A stretch of 45,691 nt of DNA, taken from assembly GCA_028286645.1 (NCBI GenBank), contig JAQBRF010000004.1, positions 157,501-203,191 on the forward strand. The letters run 5' to 3'. The notes beneath the pieces are model-generated. The model was not told the DNA's origin. It saw only the letters and a program-made list of their open reading frames with translations, and did not search any database. Origin of the DNA: Candidatus Nomurabacteria bacterium (lineage in GTDB: Bacteria > Patescibacteriota > Minisyncoccia > Phycocordibacterales > UBA5272). Both the position numbers and the translations under genes were made by a program. Each line of letters begins with the position of its first letter. The stretch's first letter is position 1. Below, piece by piece: positions 1 through 9,606 of the stretch.

Positions 1-1
1 T

Positions 2-502
2 TTCTTTACGCTTGTTACGGTCGCTCTATTTTCTACAAGCGTTATAGATGGAGTAGACGGGTTATCGGGTGGTATATTTTCTGCAATATTTACTGCTTAT
101 GGTTTTATCGCATATTATCAGCAGCAAATCGACATCGCCGCACTTTGTTTTGTAATTGTGGGAGCCATCTTCGCCTTCCTATGGTTTAATGTTCCTCCGG
201 CTACGTACATGATGGCAGAAACTGGCATTATGGCGCTTACTTTATCTTTATCTGTGATTGCATTTTTAACAGACTCAGTTATGTATCTCCCTATTATCGC
301 CCTGCCTCTTGTGATAACGACTGGGTCAGTGATTTTACAGCTCTTATGGAAAAAAATATTTAAACGGAAATTATTTATTGTTGCGCCGCTTCACCATCAC
401 TTTGAGGCAAAGGGATGGGCAAAGGCTCAGGTAACTATGAGATACTGGATCATTTCGTATATGTGCGCCATGTTGGGTGTGGTAGTGGCTCTTATTAGTT
501 AA
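2..502 (+). CDS. mraY: Phospho-N-acetylmuramoyl-pentapeptide transferase, 5' partial
   Basis: Frame open from base 2; DGVDGLSGG, WFNVPPA and APLHHHFE motifs; upstream of ftsW-murG. Confidence 0.95.
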   Translation, partial: FFTLVTVALFSTSVIDGVDGLSGGIFSAIFTAYGFIAYYQQQIDIAALCFVIVGAIFAFLWFNVPPATYMMAETGIMALTLSLSVIAFLTDSVMYLPIIALPLVITTGSVILQLLWKKIFKRKLFIVAPLHHHFEAKGWAKAQVTMRYWIISYMCAMLGVVVALIS

Positions 503-503
503 T

Positions 504-1604
504 ATGTTTGAACGCGTAGATAAAACACTTTTAACTATTACTGTCGTCCTCCTTATTGGAGGGTTAGTAATTTTTTCTTCTGCCGCTCTGGGCGTTTTAT
601 CAGTTAATGAGGCGAAATTTTATTCAGTTATAAAAACTCAGCTTATTTACGCTCTTATCGGCGGGTCTATAATGCTTTATGTTGGAAGTCTGATTCCATA
701 TAATTTCTATAGAAAGTACGCTTATATTTTATTTTTTGGAGCATTAGTATTAACTACATTAGTATTTATTCCGGCGCTATCTCAGTATCACGGAGGCGCA
801 CATAGATGGATCGATATTGGATTTATTTCATTCCAGCCTAGCGAACTGCTAAAGTTCTCATTTGTAGTAGCTGTGGCATTTTGGTGTTCTAGGTATAGAA
901 ATAACTTTCGGGATTGGAAATTTGGGCTTCTGCCTTTTTTAGGAGCTCTAGGCGTAGTATCCATTATTCTTTTAATGCAGCCTGACTTTGGCACTTGGAC
1001 GGTAACTATCATGTCAGCATTCGCGGCTTATTTCGTAGGAGGGGCCCGAATGAAGCATATTTATATTTTAGTTTTATGTGGCTTTGTGGGTATTGCTGTT
1101 TTGATCGCCGTACGTCCATACATGCTTGAGAGAATTAAAACATTCGTAAATAATACTCACGATCCTAGGGGCTCTTCTTGGCAATTAAACCAATCACTCA
1201 TAGCTCTTGGTTCTGGGGGCTTAACGGGCAGGGGATTGGGCCAAAGCGTGCAGAAATTTAATTATCTCCCAGAACCAATCGGAGATTCTGTATTTGCCGT
1301 CTTAGGAGAAGAAATTGGTTTTTTCGGGGTCATAATCCTAATTGTCTTATATGGTATATTAGGATGGCGGGGCTATATTATATCGATGACCTCGAGTGAT
1401 CAATTTGGACGATTACTCGCTATAGGAATTACGGTTATCATTTTAGTCCAAGCTAGTTTAAATATAAGTTCAATGCTTGGGATTATGCCTTTAACTGGCG
1501 TGCCTCTCCCGCTAGTTTCTCACGGAGGAACTGCGCTCATGGTAATCTTGTTTGAGATCGGAGTGCTCTTAAATATTTCAAAAAACTCACAAAACCTAGT
1601 ATGA
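504..1604 (+). CDS. ftsW: SEDS family peptidoglycan glycosyltransferase FtsW
   Basis: GAHRWI, FQPSE, QPDFGT, YLPEPIGD, TGVPLPLVSHGG motifs; between mraY and murG. Confidence 0.93.
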   Translation: MFERVDKTLLTITVVLLIGGLVIFSSAALGVLSVNEAKFYSVIKTQLIYALIGGSIMLYVGSLIPYNFYRKYAYILFFGALVLTTLVFIPALSQYHGGAHRWIDIGFISFQPSELLKFSFVVAVAFWCSRYRNNFRDWKFGLLPFLGALGVVSIILLMQPDFGTWTVTIMSAFAAYFVGGARMKHIYILVLCGFVGIAVLIAVRPYMLERIKTFVNNTHDPRGSSWQLNQSLIALGSGGLTGRGLGQSVQKFNYLPEPIGDSVFAVLGEEIGFFGVIILIVLYGILGWRGYIISMTSSDQFGRLLAIGITVIILVQASLNISSMLGIMPLTGVPLPLVSHGGTALMVILFEIGVLLNISKNSQNLV

Positions 1605-2704
1605 AAATAATTATCACAGGAGCTGGCGGAGGGCATTTTTACCCGTTAATAGCAGTGGCCAATAGAATAAGAAAAGAAGCCTTTGTGCAAAAGATCGTAC
1701 AACCGGAGATATTTTTTATATCAGATAAGCCATATGATGAAAAAGCACTTTACCAGAATCAGATAAAGTTTATTGGTATCGCTGCGGGAAAGTTAACGGT
1801 CTATCCATCTTTTGCGAATATTTCAGGTATATTTAAAACCTTTTGGGGATGTATAAGCGCCGTTTTTAAATTATATTCTCTTTATCCTGACGTGGTATTT
1901 GCTAAAGGTGGGTATGCAAGTTTCCCAGTGCTTTTCGCTGCGAGATTCCTTTCAATACCGGTAGTAGTTCACGAAAGCGATACGGTGCCAGGAAGAACAA
2001 CAAAGTGGGCAGGTAAGTTTGCAATGCGGGTTGCACTTTCTTATGGAGAGGCTTCATCATTTTACCCGAAAGAAGTCATAGCGCTTACCGGGCAGCCTAT
2101 ACGCGACGAACTCCTTCCTCCAGAAAACTATGAAAGAAAGTTTGAGACCAGAGAGCGTCCAACCATCCTTATAACGGGAGCCTCCCAAGGAAGCAAAGCT
2201 ATTAATGAAGCAATTTTAAATGTACTTCCTGAGCTTCTCAATAAATATGATATTGTCCACCAAGTTGGCACATTAAATGTGGATGACATGAAGAAAGTTA
2301 CCGAGTCTATACTAAAAGGCCATCCGTTCCAGGATAGATATTTTATTGATGGCTTTTTAGACTTTTCAGTTTTTTATTCAAAGGTAGATATGGTTATTAC
2401 TCGTGCAGGATCTCAAATGTTTGAAATGGCGCTTTGGCAGCTTCCTATGATAGTCATACCCATACCGGAAACAATAAGCAGAGATCAAAGAAGTAATGCT
2501 TATGCTATGGCAGGACGAGGAATTGCAGAAGTTTTAGAAGAAAATAATATAGGAGCATCTATTTTGCTTACATTAATATCGAAAATAATGGAGAAAGAAA
2601 ATTATGTAAAGATGGCAATAGCCGGCAAGCAGTTTGAGTCATCTCGCCATGCAGCTACGATAATTGCTCGCGAATTAATTAGAATTGGTTTAAGCCACGA
2701 ATAA
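1601..2704 (+). CDS. murG: Lipid I GlcNAc transferase MurG
   Basis: GGGHFYP, KGGYAS, HESD, TGQPIR, GASQG, ITRAG motifs. Confidence 0.95.
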   Translation: MKIIITGAGGGHFYPLIAVANRIRKEAFVQKIVQPEIFFISDKPYDEKALYQNQIKFIGIAAGKLTVYPSFANISGIFKTFWGCISAVFKLYSLYPDVVFAKGGYASFPVLFAARFLSIPVVVHESDTVPGRTTKWAGKFAMRVALSYGEASSFYPKEVIALTGQPIRDELLPPENYERKFETRERPTILITGASQGSKAINEAILNVLPELLNKYDIVHQVGTLNVDDMKKVTESILKGHPFQDRYFIDGFLDFSVFYSKVDMVITRAGSQMFEMALWQLPMIVIPIPETISRDQRSNAYAMAGRGIAEVLEENNIGASILLTLISKIMEKENYVKMAIAGKQFESSRHAATIIARELIRIGLSHE

Positions 2705-2708
2705 AGTT

Positions 2709-4139
2709 ATGTCAGATACTAATAAAAAAGTAGTTACAAGATTTGCGCCAAGTCCCACAGGATTTATGCATGTGGGCGGAGTTCGTACGGCTTTATATGC
2801 GTGGGCCTGGGCTAAGAAAAATGATGGTACCTTTATATTAAGAATAGAAGATACGGACAAGGCCCGAGAGGTTGAAGGCTCAATTGCACATATAATGGAG
2901 TCACTAAAGTGGTTAGGAATTGAATGGGATCAGGGTCCAGATATTGGAGGCTCTCATGCTCCGTATTTGCAATCTGAAAGATTAGAGAGTTATAAAAAAT
3001 ATGCAAATATTTTAATTGAAAAAGGTTTGGCCTATCCTGATCCATATACGAAAGAAGAAATAGAAAGCTTTAGGAAAAACGCAGAAGATGAGAAAAAAGT
3101 TTTTTTATTTAGAGATCATCGACCAGAAAAGTTTGGGGTTTGGAATGGCACTCAGCCTCTTCGATTTAAAGTGCCTGTTGTAAAATCTTATACCTGGATG
3201 GACGAAGTGCGGGGTGAGTTATCTGCGGGGCCTGAGGCGCTGGACGATTTCATTTTAATTAAAAGCGATGGATACCCAACTTATAACTTTGCTCACATAA
3301 TAGATGATCTTGAAATGGGTGTAACTCATATAATGAGGGCCGATGAATTTATCGCCTCGACCCCTAAGTTCTTATCTTTGTATGAAGCGTTAGAAATTAT
3401 TCCTCCTGTATTAGTTACTCTTCCTCCGATACTTGGAAAAGAGGGGACAAAGAAGTTGGGGAAAAGAGATGGGGCTAAAGACATATTAGAATATCGCAAT
3501 GATGGCTTCTTGGCGGATGCCATGGTAAATTTCCTCGCATTTTTAGGCTGGAATCCTGGGGACGAAAGAGATGTAATGACTCCTCTAGAAATAATAGAAA
3601 GTTTTGATATTTCACGCATCCATAAAAGCGGTGCAATGTTAGATGAAGAAAAGCTTCTTTGGTTAAATAAAGAGCATTTAAAAAGACAATCAGATGAAGT
3701 TAAATTAAATGAAGTAAAAAAGCACTTACCTGATTACCCCGAAGACTTACTTAAAAGGCTCCTGCCATCGATTATCGATAGAATTTCTGTATATTCTCAG
3801 ATTGATCATATTGAAAGTACAGAATTTAGATTTTTTATTGATTCTCCAGAAGTAGATATAGAAAAGATTATTTGGAAAGATGAAACCAAAGATCAGGCAG
3901 CCATACATCTTGAGGAAGTAAAAAGGTTAATAGAAAGTGGCGATCTTTCTTCTGTGGAAAATGTAAATAAACTTATTATGCCTTATGCAGAAGTGCAAGG
4001 AAAAGGTTCGGTTCTTTGGCCGCTTAGATATTCATTATCAGGTCAAGAAAAGTCAATCGACCCGTTTACTCTTGTGTATATTTTAGGCAAAGAAGAGTCA
4101 ATAAAAAGAATAGAAAAAGTCTTGGAAAAACTTACATAA
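2709..4139 (+). CDS. gltX: Glutamate--tRNA ligase
   Basis: RFAPSPTG, HVGG (HIGH-like), RIEDTD, KLGKR (KMSKS-like). Confidence 0.96.
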   Translation: MSDTNKKVVTRFAPSPTGFMHVGGVRTALYAWAWAKKNDGTFILRIEDTDKAREVEGSIAHIMESLKWLGIEWDQGPDIGGSHAPYLQSERLESYKKYANILIEKGLAYPDPYTKEEIESFRKNAEDEKKVFLFRDHRPEKFGVWNGTQPLRFKVPVVKSYTWMDEVRGELSAGPEALDDFILIKSDGYPTYNFAHIIDDLEMGVTHIMRADEFIASTPKFLSLYEALEIIPPVLVTLPPILGKEGTKKLGKRDGAKDILEYRNDGFLADAMVNFLAFLGWNPGDERDVMTPLEIIESFDISRIHKSGAMLDEEKLLWLNKEHLKRQSDEVKLNEVKKHLPDYPEDLLKRLLPSIIDRISVYSQIDHIESTEFRFFIDSPEVDIEKIIWKDETKDQAAIHLEEVKRLIESGDLSSVENVNKLIMPYAEVQGKGSVLWPLRYSLSGQEKSIDPFTLVYILGKEESIKRIEKVLEKLT

Positions 4140-4141
4140 TT

Positions 4142-5440
4142 ATGCGCGACACAAAGAATACATCAAAACTATTTTCGGCATTAATGGGAATATTCTTTAT
4201 ATTAACGCCTATATTTTTATCTGCGCAAAGTGCTGCAGAATTACAATCTAATTTAGATTCATTATCGGCAAAGATCAAAGCGCTCGATAAAGAGATTGAA
4301 TCATATAACAATCAGATAAATAAAACTCAAGGTGATGCTAAGACACTGAAAGTTGCCCTTGCAGACCTTGAGCTTAGACGAGGTCTTCTTTCTAAAGAAA
4401 TTGATAAAACTAAATTAAGCATTTCTCAAGCAGAAAGTGCAATTAATGAAACCCAAGGAAAGATAGTCGTGACCGAAACTGTGCTTGATAAAAAGAAATC
4501 AGATCTTGCCTTAACCTTTAGAAATTTAGTTCAAGAAGACCAGTCTGCTCCACCCCTTGTTCTCGCATTAGGGAAAGGCGCAAAATTTTCTGACGCTATT
4601 GAATTAGTGCAGAGACAAAGCGACTTATCACGGGCGATAAATCAAAAAGTTGAAGAATTATCTAATACTAAGAATGTTCTCGCTGACCAGAAGAAAACAT
4701 TTGAAGATAATAAACAGGCTTTAGAAGAATTAAACAGCCAATTAAATGATAAGAAAGCGCTTGTAGACCAAAACGCTAAAGACAAAAGTAACTTATTGGT
4801 TCAAACTAAAAGTAAAGAGTCTGAATATCAAAAGTTGTTAGCTGATAGACAAAAGAAAAAAGGGGAGTTGGAGGCAGAAATGATTGGGGTAGAATCACAA
4901 CTTAAAACAATAGTTGATGCTACTAAAATTCCGAAAATTGGAAAAGGGGTTTTGCAATATCCATTAGATAAAGTAATCATCACTCAATATTTCGGCAATA
5001 CTCCATTTGCAAGTAAAAATCCTCAGGTGTATAACGGTTCTGGACATAACGGTATAGACTTAGGAATACCAGTTGGTACACCAGTTCTAGCTGCTGCATC
5101 TGGAGTAGTAGTTGGAACCGGAAATACTGATGCTGCATGTAGCGGAGTTTCATATGGAAAATGGGTTTTGATTAAGCATAATAACGGCCTATCAACTTTG
5201 TATGCCCACTTATCTGTTATACAAGTTACGGCAGGACAGCAGTTAACTGCAAAACAGAAGATCGGTCTTTCAGGAAATACTGGGTATAGTACTGGTCCCC
5301 ATGTCCATTTTACTGTATATGCATCAGACGCTGTTCATATAACAGGTCCTGGAGAATATAAAAGTAAGGTTTGCGGTACAGACTTAATAATGCCGATCGC
5401 TCCTCCAGCTGCCTACCTTAATCCACTAAGCTTCTTATAA
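4142..5440 (+). CDS. Secreted coiled-coil M23 peptidoglycan endopeptidase
   Basis: Signal peptide, long coiled coil, C-terminal HNGID...YAHLS...STGPHVHF. Confidence 0.9.
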   Translation: MRDTKNTSKLFSALMGIFFILTPIFLSAQSAAELQSNLDSLSAKIKALDKEIESYNNQINKTQGDAKTLKVALADLELRRGLLSKEIDKTKLSISQAESAINETQGKIVVTETVLDKKKSDLALTFRNLVQEDQSAPPLVLALGKGAKFSDAIELVQRQSDLSRAINQKVEELSNTKNVLADQKKTFEDNKQALEELNSQLNDKKALVDQNAKDKSNLLVQTKSKESEYQKLLADRQKKKGELEAEMIGVESQLKTIVDATKIPKIGKGVLQYPLDKVIITQYFGNTPFASKNPQVYNGSGHNGIDLGIPVGTPVLAAASGVVVGTGNTDAACSGVSYGKWVLIKHNNGLSTLYAHLSVIQVTAGQQLTAKQKIGLSGNTGYSTGPHVHFTVYASDAVHITGPGEYKSKVCGTDLIMPIAPPAAYLNPLSFL

Positions 5441-5441
5441 A

Positions 5442-5481
5442 TAGATTACAGACATTAGACATTAGACATTAGATTTTAGAT
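5442..5481. repeat. 7-nt period micro-array (TAGAY core)
   Basis: acagac attagac attagac attagat tttagat. Confidence 0.8.
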
Positions 5482-5511
5482 GATGCATACTTATATTTAT
5501 CTGAGCCATCC

Positions 5512-5631
5512 ATGATTACACTTACTATCGCCACCACAGTTGTAGCATTCCTGGTATCTTTCATACTTGGATTGAGTATTGGTATTTATGTGATTTACCG
5601 GGTAGACGCAGTTGTTAAATCTAGAGAATAA
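5512..5631 (+). CDS. Putative 39-aa single-TM peptide
   Basis: Hand translation MITLTIATTVVAFLVSFILGLSIGIYVIYRVDAVVKSRE; below ORF-track cutoff. Confidence 0.5.
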   Translation: MITLTIATTVVAFLVSFILGLSIGIYVIYRVDAVVKSRE

Positions 5632-5633
5632 TT

Positions 5634-5732
5634 ATGCTTATATTTACCATACCTGCATTTATCATACTGCTGTTCGTGGGATTCCTCGCAGGACTTTTGA
5701 TTGCTGTTTACTACATGCTTAATATGAAGTAG
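5634..5732 (+). CDS. Putative 32-aa single-TM peptide
   Basis: Hand translation MLIFTIPAFIILLFVGFLAGLLIAVYYMLNMK; starts 2 nt after previous stop. Confidence 0.5.
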   Translation: MLIFTIPAFIILLFVGFLAGLLIAVYYMLNMK

Positions 5733-5760
5733 GTTTTGTGATATTAATTATGATATTAAA

Positions 5761-6040
5761 TAGGGGAGAACTCCCCTTCTAAATTTCCCTAAATTAATTA
5801 GTGTGGATCTTCTTAATTAAAATGTTCAATCAATACATATTAACTTTCTGCGAAAGTCGTATAAGGTACTAGGGGTCATCCTAAATTATCAATGTAAGCC
5901 CACTATAAGACTAAGTCTAGACCATGAGTATATAAATGGCGGAGATCTTTAAGACATCGATAACCTAAATTTACTCTGAGGCATAGTCGTAAAAGATATA
6001 TTGTGCGACATTGACCGTATAGTAAAACCGCTCCCCTCTA
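5761..6040. ncRNA. Possible structured non-coding element
   Basis: No ORF >=60 aa; aggggag can pair with ctcccct near 6031; internal hairpins actttc/gaaagt and gtcgta/tgcgac. Confidence 0.3.
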
Positions 6041-6125
6041 TACCTAATTTAGGATTTTAAACATTGAAATAATAAATTCATAAATTTGGTACAATTATGA
6101 TTATTAACTTATCACCCTATCCACC

Positions 6126-6872
6126 ATGCCACTTATAATTATATTAATAGTTATCGCCATTCTGTTATTAGCAAGCATTCGTCAAATTAACCAATATGAG
6201 CGCGGAATAAAATTTACGCTTGGTAGATACACTGGACTTATGGATCCAGGCTGGAGATTGGTCGTACCGGTCTTCCAGACATCTCAAAAGGTAGACATTA
6301 GAACCAAGGCTGTGGATGTTCCAGATCAGAATGCAATTACTCGTGATAATGTTTCTGTAAAAGTTAATGCAGTCATTTATTACAAAGTATCTGATGCATC
6401 AAAAGCAATTCTTGAAGTAGAAGATTATAAATATGCAATTTCTCAGTACGCACAAACAACCATGAGGAACATTGTTGGTGAAGCGACATTAGATGAACTC
6501 CTTGCTCACAGGGATAAAATTGCAGATCGTATTCGCGAGATAGTAGAAGTAGAAACAAGCAATTGGGGTCTTAAGGTACAAAATGTAGAGCTTCGAGACG
6601 TAAGTCTTCCTGCAGATATGGAAAGAACTATCGGAAAGCAAGCTGAAGCTGAAAGAGAAAAGCGTGCAGTAATTATTAATGCTGAAGGAGAACTTGCTGC
6701 TGCAGAGAATTTATCAAAGGCTGCACTGCTTCTATCGTCCACTCCTGGAGCGCTTCACCTTCGAACTCTTCAGTCTATAAATGACATGTCATCTGATCAA
6801 TCAAATACAGTTGTGTACATGGTTCCAGTCGAGGCTCTTAAAGCTCTTGAAGGATTTATAAAAAAGCAATAA
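6126..6872 (+). CDS. SPFH/band 7 (stomatin-like) membrane protein
   Basis: N-terminal TM, QYERG...LG, ITRDNVSVKV, QAEAEREKRA..I.AEGE. Confidence 0.93.
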   Translation: MPLIIILIVIAILLLASIRQINQYERGIKFTLGRYTGLMDPGWRLVVPVFQTSQKVDIRTKAVDVPDQNAITRDNVSVKVNAVIYYKVSDASKAILEVEDYKYAISQYAQTTMRNIVGEATLDELLAHRDKIADRIREIVEVETSNWGLKVQNVELRDVSLPADMERTIGKQAEAEREKRAVIINAEGELAAAENLSKAALLLSSTPGALHLRTLQSINDMSSDQSNTVVYMVPVEALKALEGFIKKQ

Positions 6873-6896
6873 AAAACCGCCACGTAATAAGGCGGC
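6871..6896. terminator. Intrinsic terminator between convergent genes
   Basis: aaaaaa-ccgcc...ggcgg; U-tract on minus strand. Confidence 0.65.
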
Positions 6897-6898
6897 AA

Positions 6899-7294
6899 TC
6901 AGAGACCATTTCTTTTAATCGCCCACTCTCCCGACTGGGTTCCCCTATCTTCACTCTGGCCTTCTGTGAGTTCAAGGACATCATTTACGTGAAGTAAGGT
7001 GGTAAGTGATCCTCCAGATAAAACAAAAATAAGTTTCTTCTGGATTTTCTTTAAATATTTCTTGGGTTTACCTATTCCATCAACAAGACCCAGAAACTCT
7101 ACTCTCATGACGCGGCCATGGAGTCTTCTTGCGGAAGAATACTGCTGAGTGACATTGGTGATGTTTACAGAGAATCCCAGTTGATTCAATATTTCGCGCA
7201 CCTGGTTGTGATTTTTACCTTCCAAGTGGACTGTGACTCTCTTTACTTTCATGCTACGCAATATAACCTTTCTAAACCATGAAAGTTTAATCAT
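6899..7294 (-). CDS. ORFan cassette protein (start re-assigned to MIKLSW)
   Basis: GGGAGA 4 nt before ATG 7294; TTTACA-N16-TAAGAT upstream; annotated 7432 start would span promoter and terminator. Confidence 0.65.
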   Translation of the reverse strand: MIKLSWFRKVILRSMKVKRVTVHLEGKNHNQVREILNQLGFSVNITNVTQQYSSARRLHGRVMRVEFLGLVDGIGKPKKYLKKIQKKLIFVLSGGSLTTLLHVNDVLELTEGQSEDRGTQSGEWAIKRNGL

Positions 7295-7348
7295 GATTTC
7301 TCCCATTGAACAGTCTTTTAATCTTATATTATATTTTTGAATTGTAAA

Positions 7349-7374
7349 TAAAAAAATCCGCGGCGAACCGCGGA
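7349..7374 (-). terminator. Intrinsic terminator
   Basis: tccgcgg...ccgcgga plus U-tract on minus strand. Confidence 0.75.
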
Positions 7375-7379
7375 CGGAG

Positions 7380-7940
7380 TCACTTTGCTTCCTGATTTTT
7401 GTTTGCCCAGTAATCCACCAGCGGATTACCATGGTGATACGGGCATGCTGGGCCTTGACTTGCAGGCTGAGGAAAAAGTGTTTTATGTATTCCCCATACC
7501 ACCAGTTCTTTTGGCTCGTTATATAGTACCACCCGGAAAAGGCTCATTCCCCTTACTACGCTGCTCGTCTCCCCTTCGAAATGCACTTCGAATTGATCTT
7601 CGTTTTCAGGCTCGTTTTTCAGAGCAATCTGATCAATCCTGAGCGCCCGCCTGTTCCGCCGTGTTTTTTTCCAGAGGCTATTAATCAGCCCGTGGTATTT
7701 CTCGGTGAGAGCAATGTTTCCATTCCGGCGAATGTACCGGTCATACGAGACATCGGGGAAAAACAGCAGGTTTTTGATGCCCATTTCCCGTAAAACCCCT
7801 TGGATTTCTTCAATGCTCTGCTCCTTAAGATCGATTCTCCTTTTTGTTAATTTGCTATTTATTGGTGCGGTTATCATAGAAAAACCGCTCTCTTCGTTCT
7901 CTCCTACCTCACCTCGCTCGCGTTCGGTCATTGTTCCCAT
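7380..7940 (-). CDS. ORFan cassette protein, probable distant paralogue of 6899-7294 (start uncertain)
   Basis: TTGCAG-N16-TAAGCT upstream; shared segment IDLKEQSIEEIQGVLREMGI. Confidence 0.6.
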   Translation of the reverse strand: MGTMTERERGEVGENEESGFSMITAPINSKLTKRRIDLKEQSIEEIQGVLREMGIKNLLFFPDVSYDRYIRRNGNIALTEKYHGLINSLWKKTRRNRRALRIDQIALKNEPENEDQFEVHFEGETSSVVRGMSLFRVVLYNEPKELVVWGIHKTLFPQPASQGPACPYHHGNPLVDYWANKNQEAK

Positions 7941-8043
7941 CGTGTTCCCCGTTTCTATTCGGTTAGTCAGTAGCCTCACCTGCACACCCTACTTTAGCTT
8001 ATAACTTTTATAAAATTCTGCAAATATAAGTTTTCCACCGTCA

Positions 8044-8574
8044 TTATGCTATATTTCTCAAGCTTTTTCTGGCTATTAGATATTTTGGGAAAGTTCTTTC
8101 AACTAATGTCCAAAAAGACTTTGAGTGATTAAGTTCATGTAAATGACATAGTTCATGCACTATTACATAGTCCCTAAGTAAAGGATCCAAAAGTCCTATT
8201 TTATAATTAAAATTTAAGTTCCCTTGCTTTGAGCAACTTCCCCAGCGTGATTTCTGATTTCTAATTGTTATATTATTCCACTTGAATCCATATTGTTTAT
8301 TGTAATAAGTAAGCCGGTCTTCGATAAGTATAAGTAATTCTTTTTTATATTCTTTTAGCTTACTTCCAGGAACCTTTGGAAGTTCTATTTTTGGCTTCCT
8401 TTCTTTAATTTTTTCTAAATTAGTATTGATCCAATTTTCATGAGTCTTTATGAATTCAGCAGCAGTATCTTCTTTCATTTTTTGCGGCACGGTAACTATC
8501 ACTTCGCCATTTTGTCGTATTGTAATTCTAGCTCTTTTGGCTCTATTGCTTTTCCTTATCAAATAATCAATCAT
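8044..8574 (-). CDS. SprT/YgjP (DUF45)-family zinc metallohydrolase
   Basis: SRWGSCS, DYVIVHELCH..ELNHS..FW. Confidence 0.9.
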   Translation of the reverse strand: MIDYLIRKSNRAKRARITIRQNGEVIVTVPQKMKEDTAAEFIKTHENWINTNLEKIKERKPKIELPKVPGSKLKEYKKELLILIEDRLTYYNKQYGFKWNNITIRNQKSRWGSCSKQGNLNFNYKIGLLDPLLRDYVIVHELCHLHELNHSKSFWTLVERTFPKYLIARKSLRNIA

Positions 8575-8635
8575 AAAATTGGCGTAAAATAAGATCTCAA
8601 CTTGCTTAAAATTCCAAAAGACTTTTTCGCACTGC

Positions 8636-9109
8636 CTACTCCACTATAATAGTTACTTTAAAGTTAATTATAAATTGAGCGCACATTTCTCCTTGATTAC
8701 ATATCGGTCTTCCTTCCCCTAGTATGTCTGTTGTTCCAAGAGTTTTCCCTTCGTAAATCCCCTGTGCATCTTTCATTACGGCAATATTTTTCACACGCTC
8801 TACTATGTTCGGATTTGATAATGAAATATTCCAATTCATTTCTCCTAATTTAAGCAAAAATCTTTCCCCCTTTTTAATTCTAACGATAGTATTATTGTTT
8901 GATTGTGTAATAAATCTTTCTTCTGAAGAAGTTACCGGTTTTCCAGTTACAGAGTCAGTTGGCGGAAAATTTGGAATATCGGACACCACAGTCGTGGTTG
9001 CTGTAACTTGTTCAACAGTCTTCGATGACACTGAGTAATAATATGCAATTATTCCTATTATTATAAGAATTAGCAGCCCTATAAGGGTATTTCTTTGTAT
9101 TTTGTTCAT
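8636..9109 (-). CDS. Membrane-anchored hypothetical protein
   Basis: N-terminal TM, Thr-rich linker, beta-rich C-terminus with C-x5-C; TATAAT 6 nt before ATG. Confidence 0.75.
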   Translation of the reverse strand: MNKIQRNTLIGLLILIIIGIIAYYYSVSSKTVEQVTATTTVVSDIPNFPPTDSVTGKPVTSSEERFITQSNNNTIVRIKKGERFLLKLGEMNWNISLSNPNIVERVKNIAVMKDAQGIYEGKTLGTTDILGEGRPICNQGEMCAQFIINFKVTIIVE

Positions 9110-9221
9110 ATTCTCATTATAGCAAAAGCCTGTGAATATCTATATGAAAAATATTTATTTTGAGTAATAATTAATATAGAGGGAGATTTATTATAATTCC
9201 CTTATTAAATCAAGAAAATAT

Positions 9222-9602
9222 ATGCCAGCAAGAAACACAACGGGAGGTAGAGGAAATCAATCAAGATCAGCAACTAGTAGATCAGTAGAAAAGTCATCGA
9301 AAAGATCAGCCCAGAAAGTGGCTCCGAAAAAGAAGCAGCCGGGAGCCACCAGAAAAATGCCAAAGAAGTCTCCGAAGGTAAAAGAGATTAAAGGTGTAAA
9401 GTCCGGAGGAAGAAGTGCAGATCGCAACAAATCTACCAAGAGTTCTCCTCAATCGCCTAAAGCTAAAAGAAAAATTGAAAAGGTGATGCAAGAATATAAG
9501 AAAGGAGACTTGAAATCAGGAAATAGCAATAAAAAAGTAAAAAACAGGAAACAGGCCATAGCTATTGCCTTGTCTGAAGCCAGAGAGGAAGAAGGAAAAT
9601 AA
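9222..9602 (+). CDS. Basic low-complexity protein with DUF6496-like C-terminus
   Basis: KIEKVMQEYKKGDLKSG...KVKNRKQAIAIALSEAR. Confidence 0.8.
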   Translation: MPARNTTGGRGNQSRSATSRSVEKSSKRSAQKVAPKKKQPGATRKMPKKSPKVKEIKGVKSGGRSADRNKSTKSSPQSPKAKRKIEKVMQEYKKGDLKSGNSNKKVKNRKQAIAIALSEAREEEGK

Positions 9603-9606
9603 AGTT

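Noticed and set aside
5761-6040. Group I intron or RNase P RNA
   Set aside because: Only faint resemblance (aaatggcgg, aagatata, gaaagtc); core pairings could not be built
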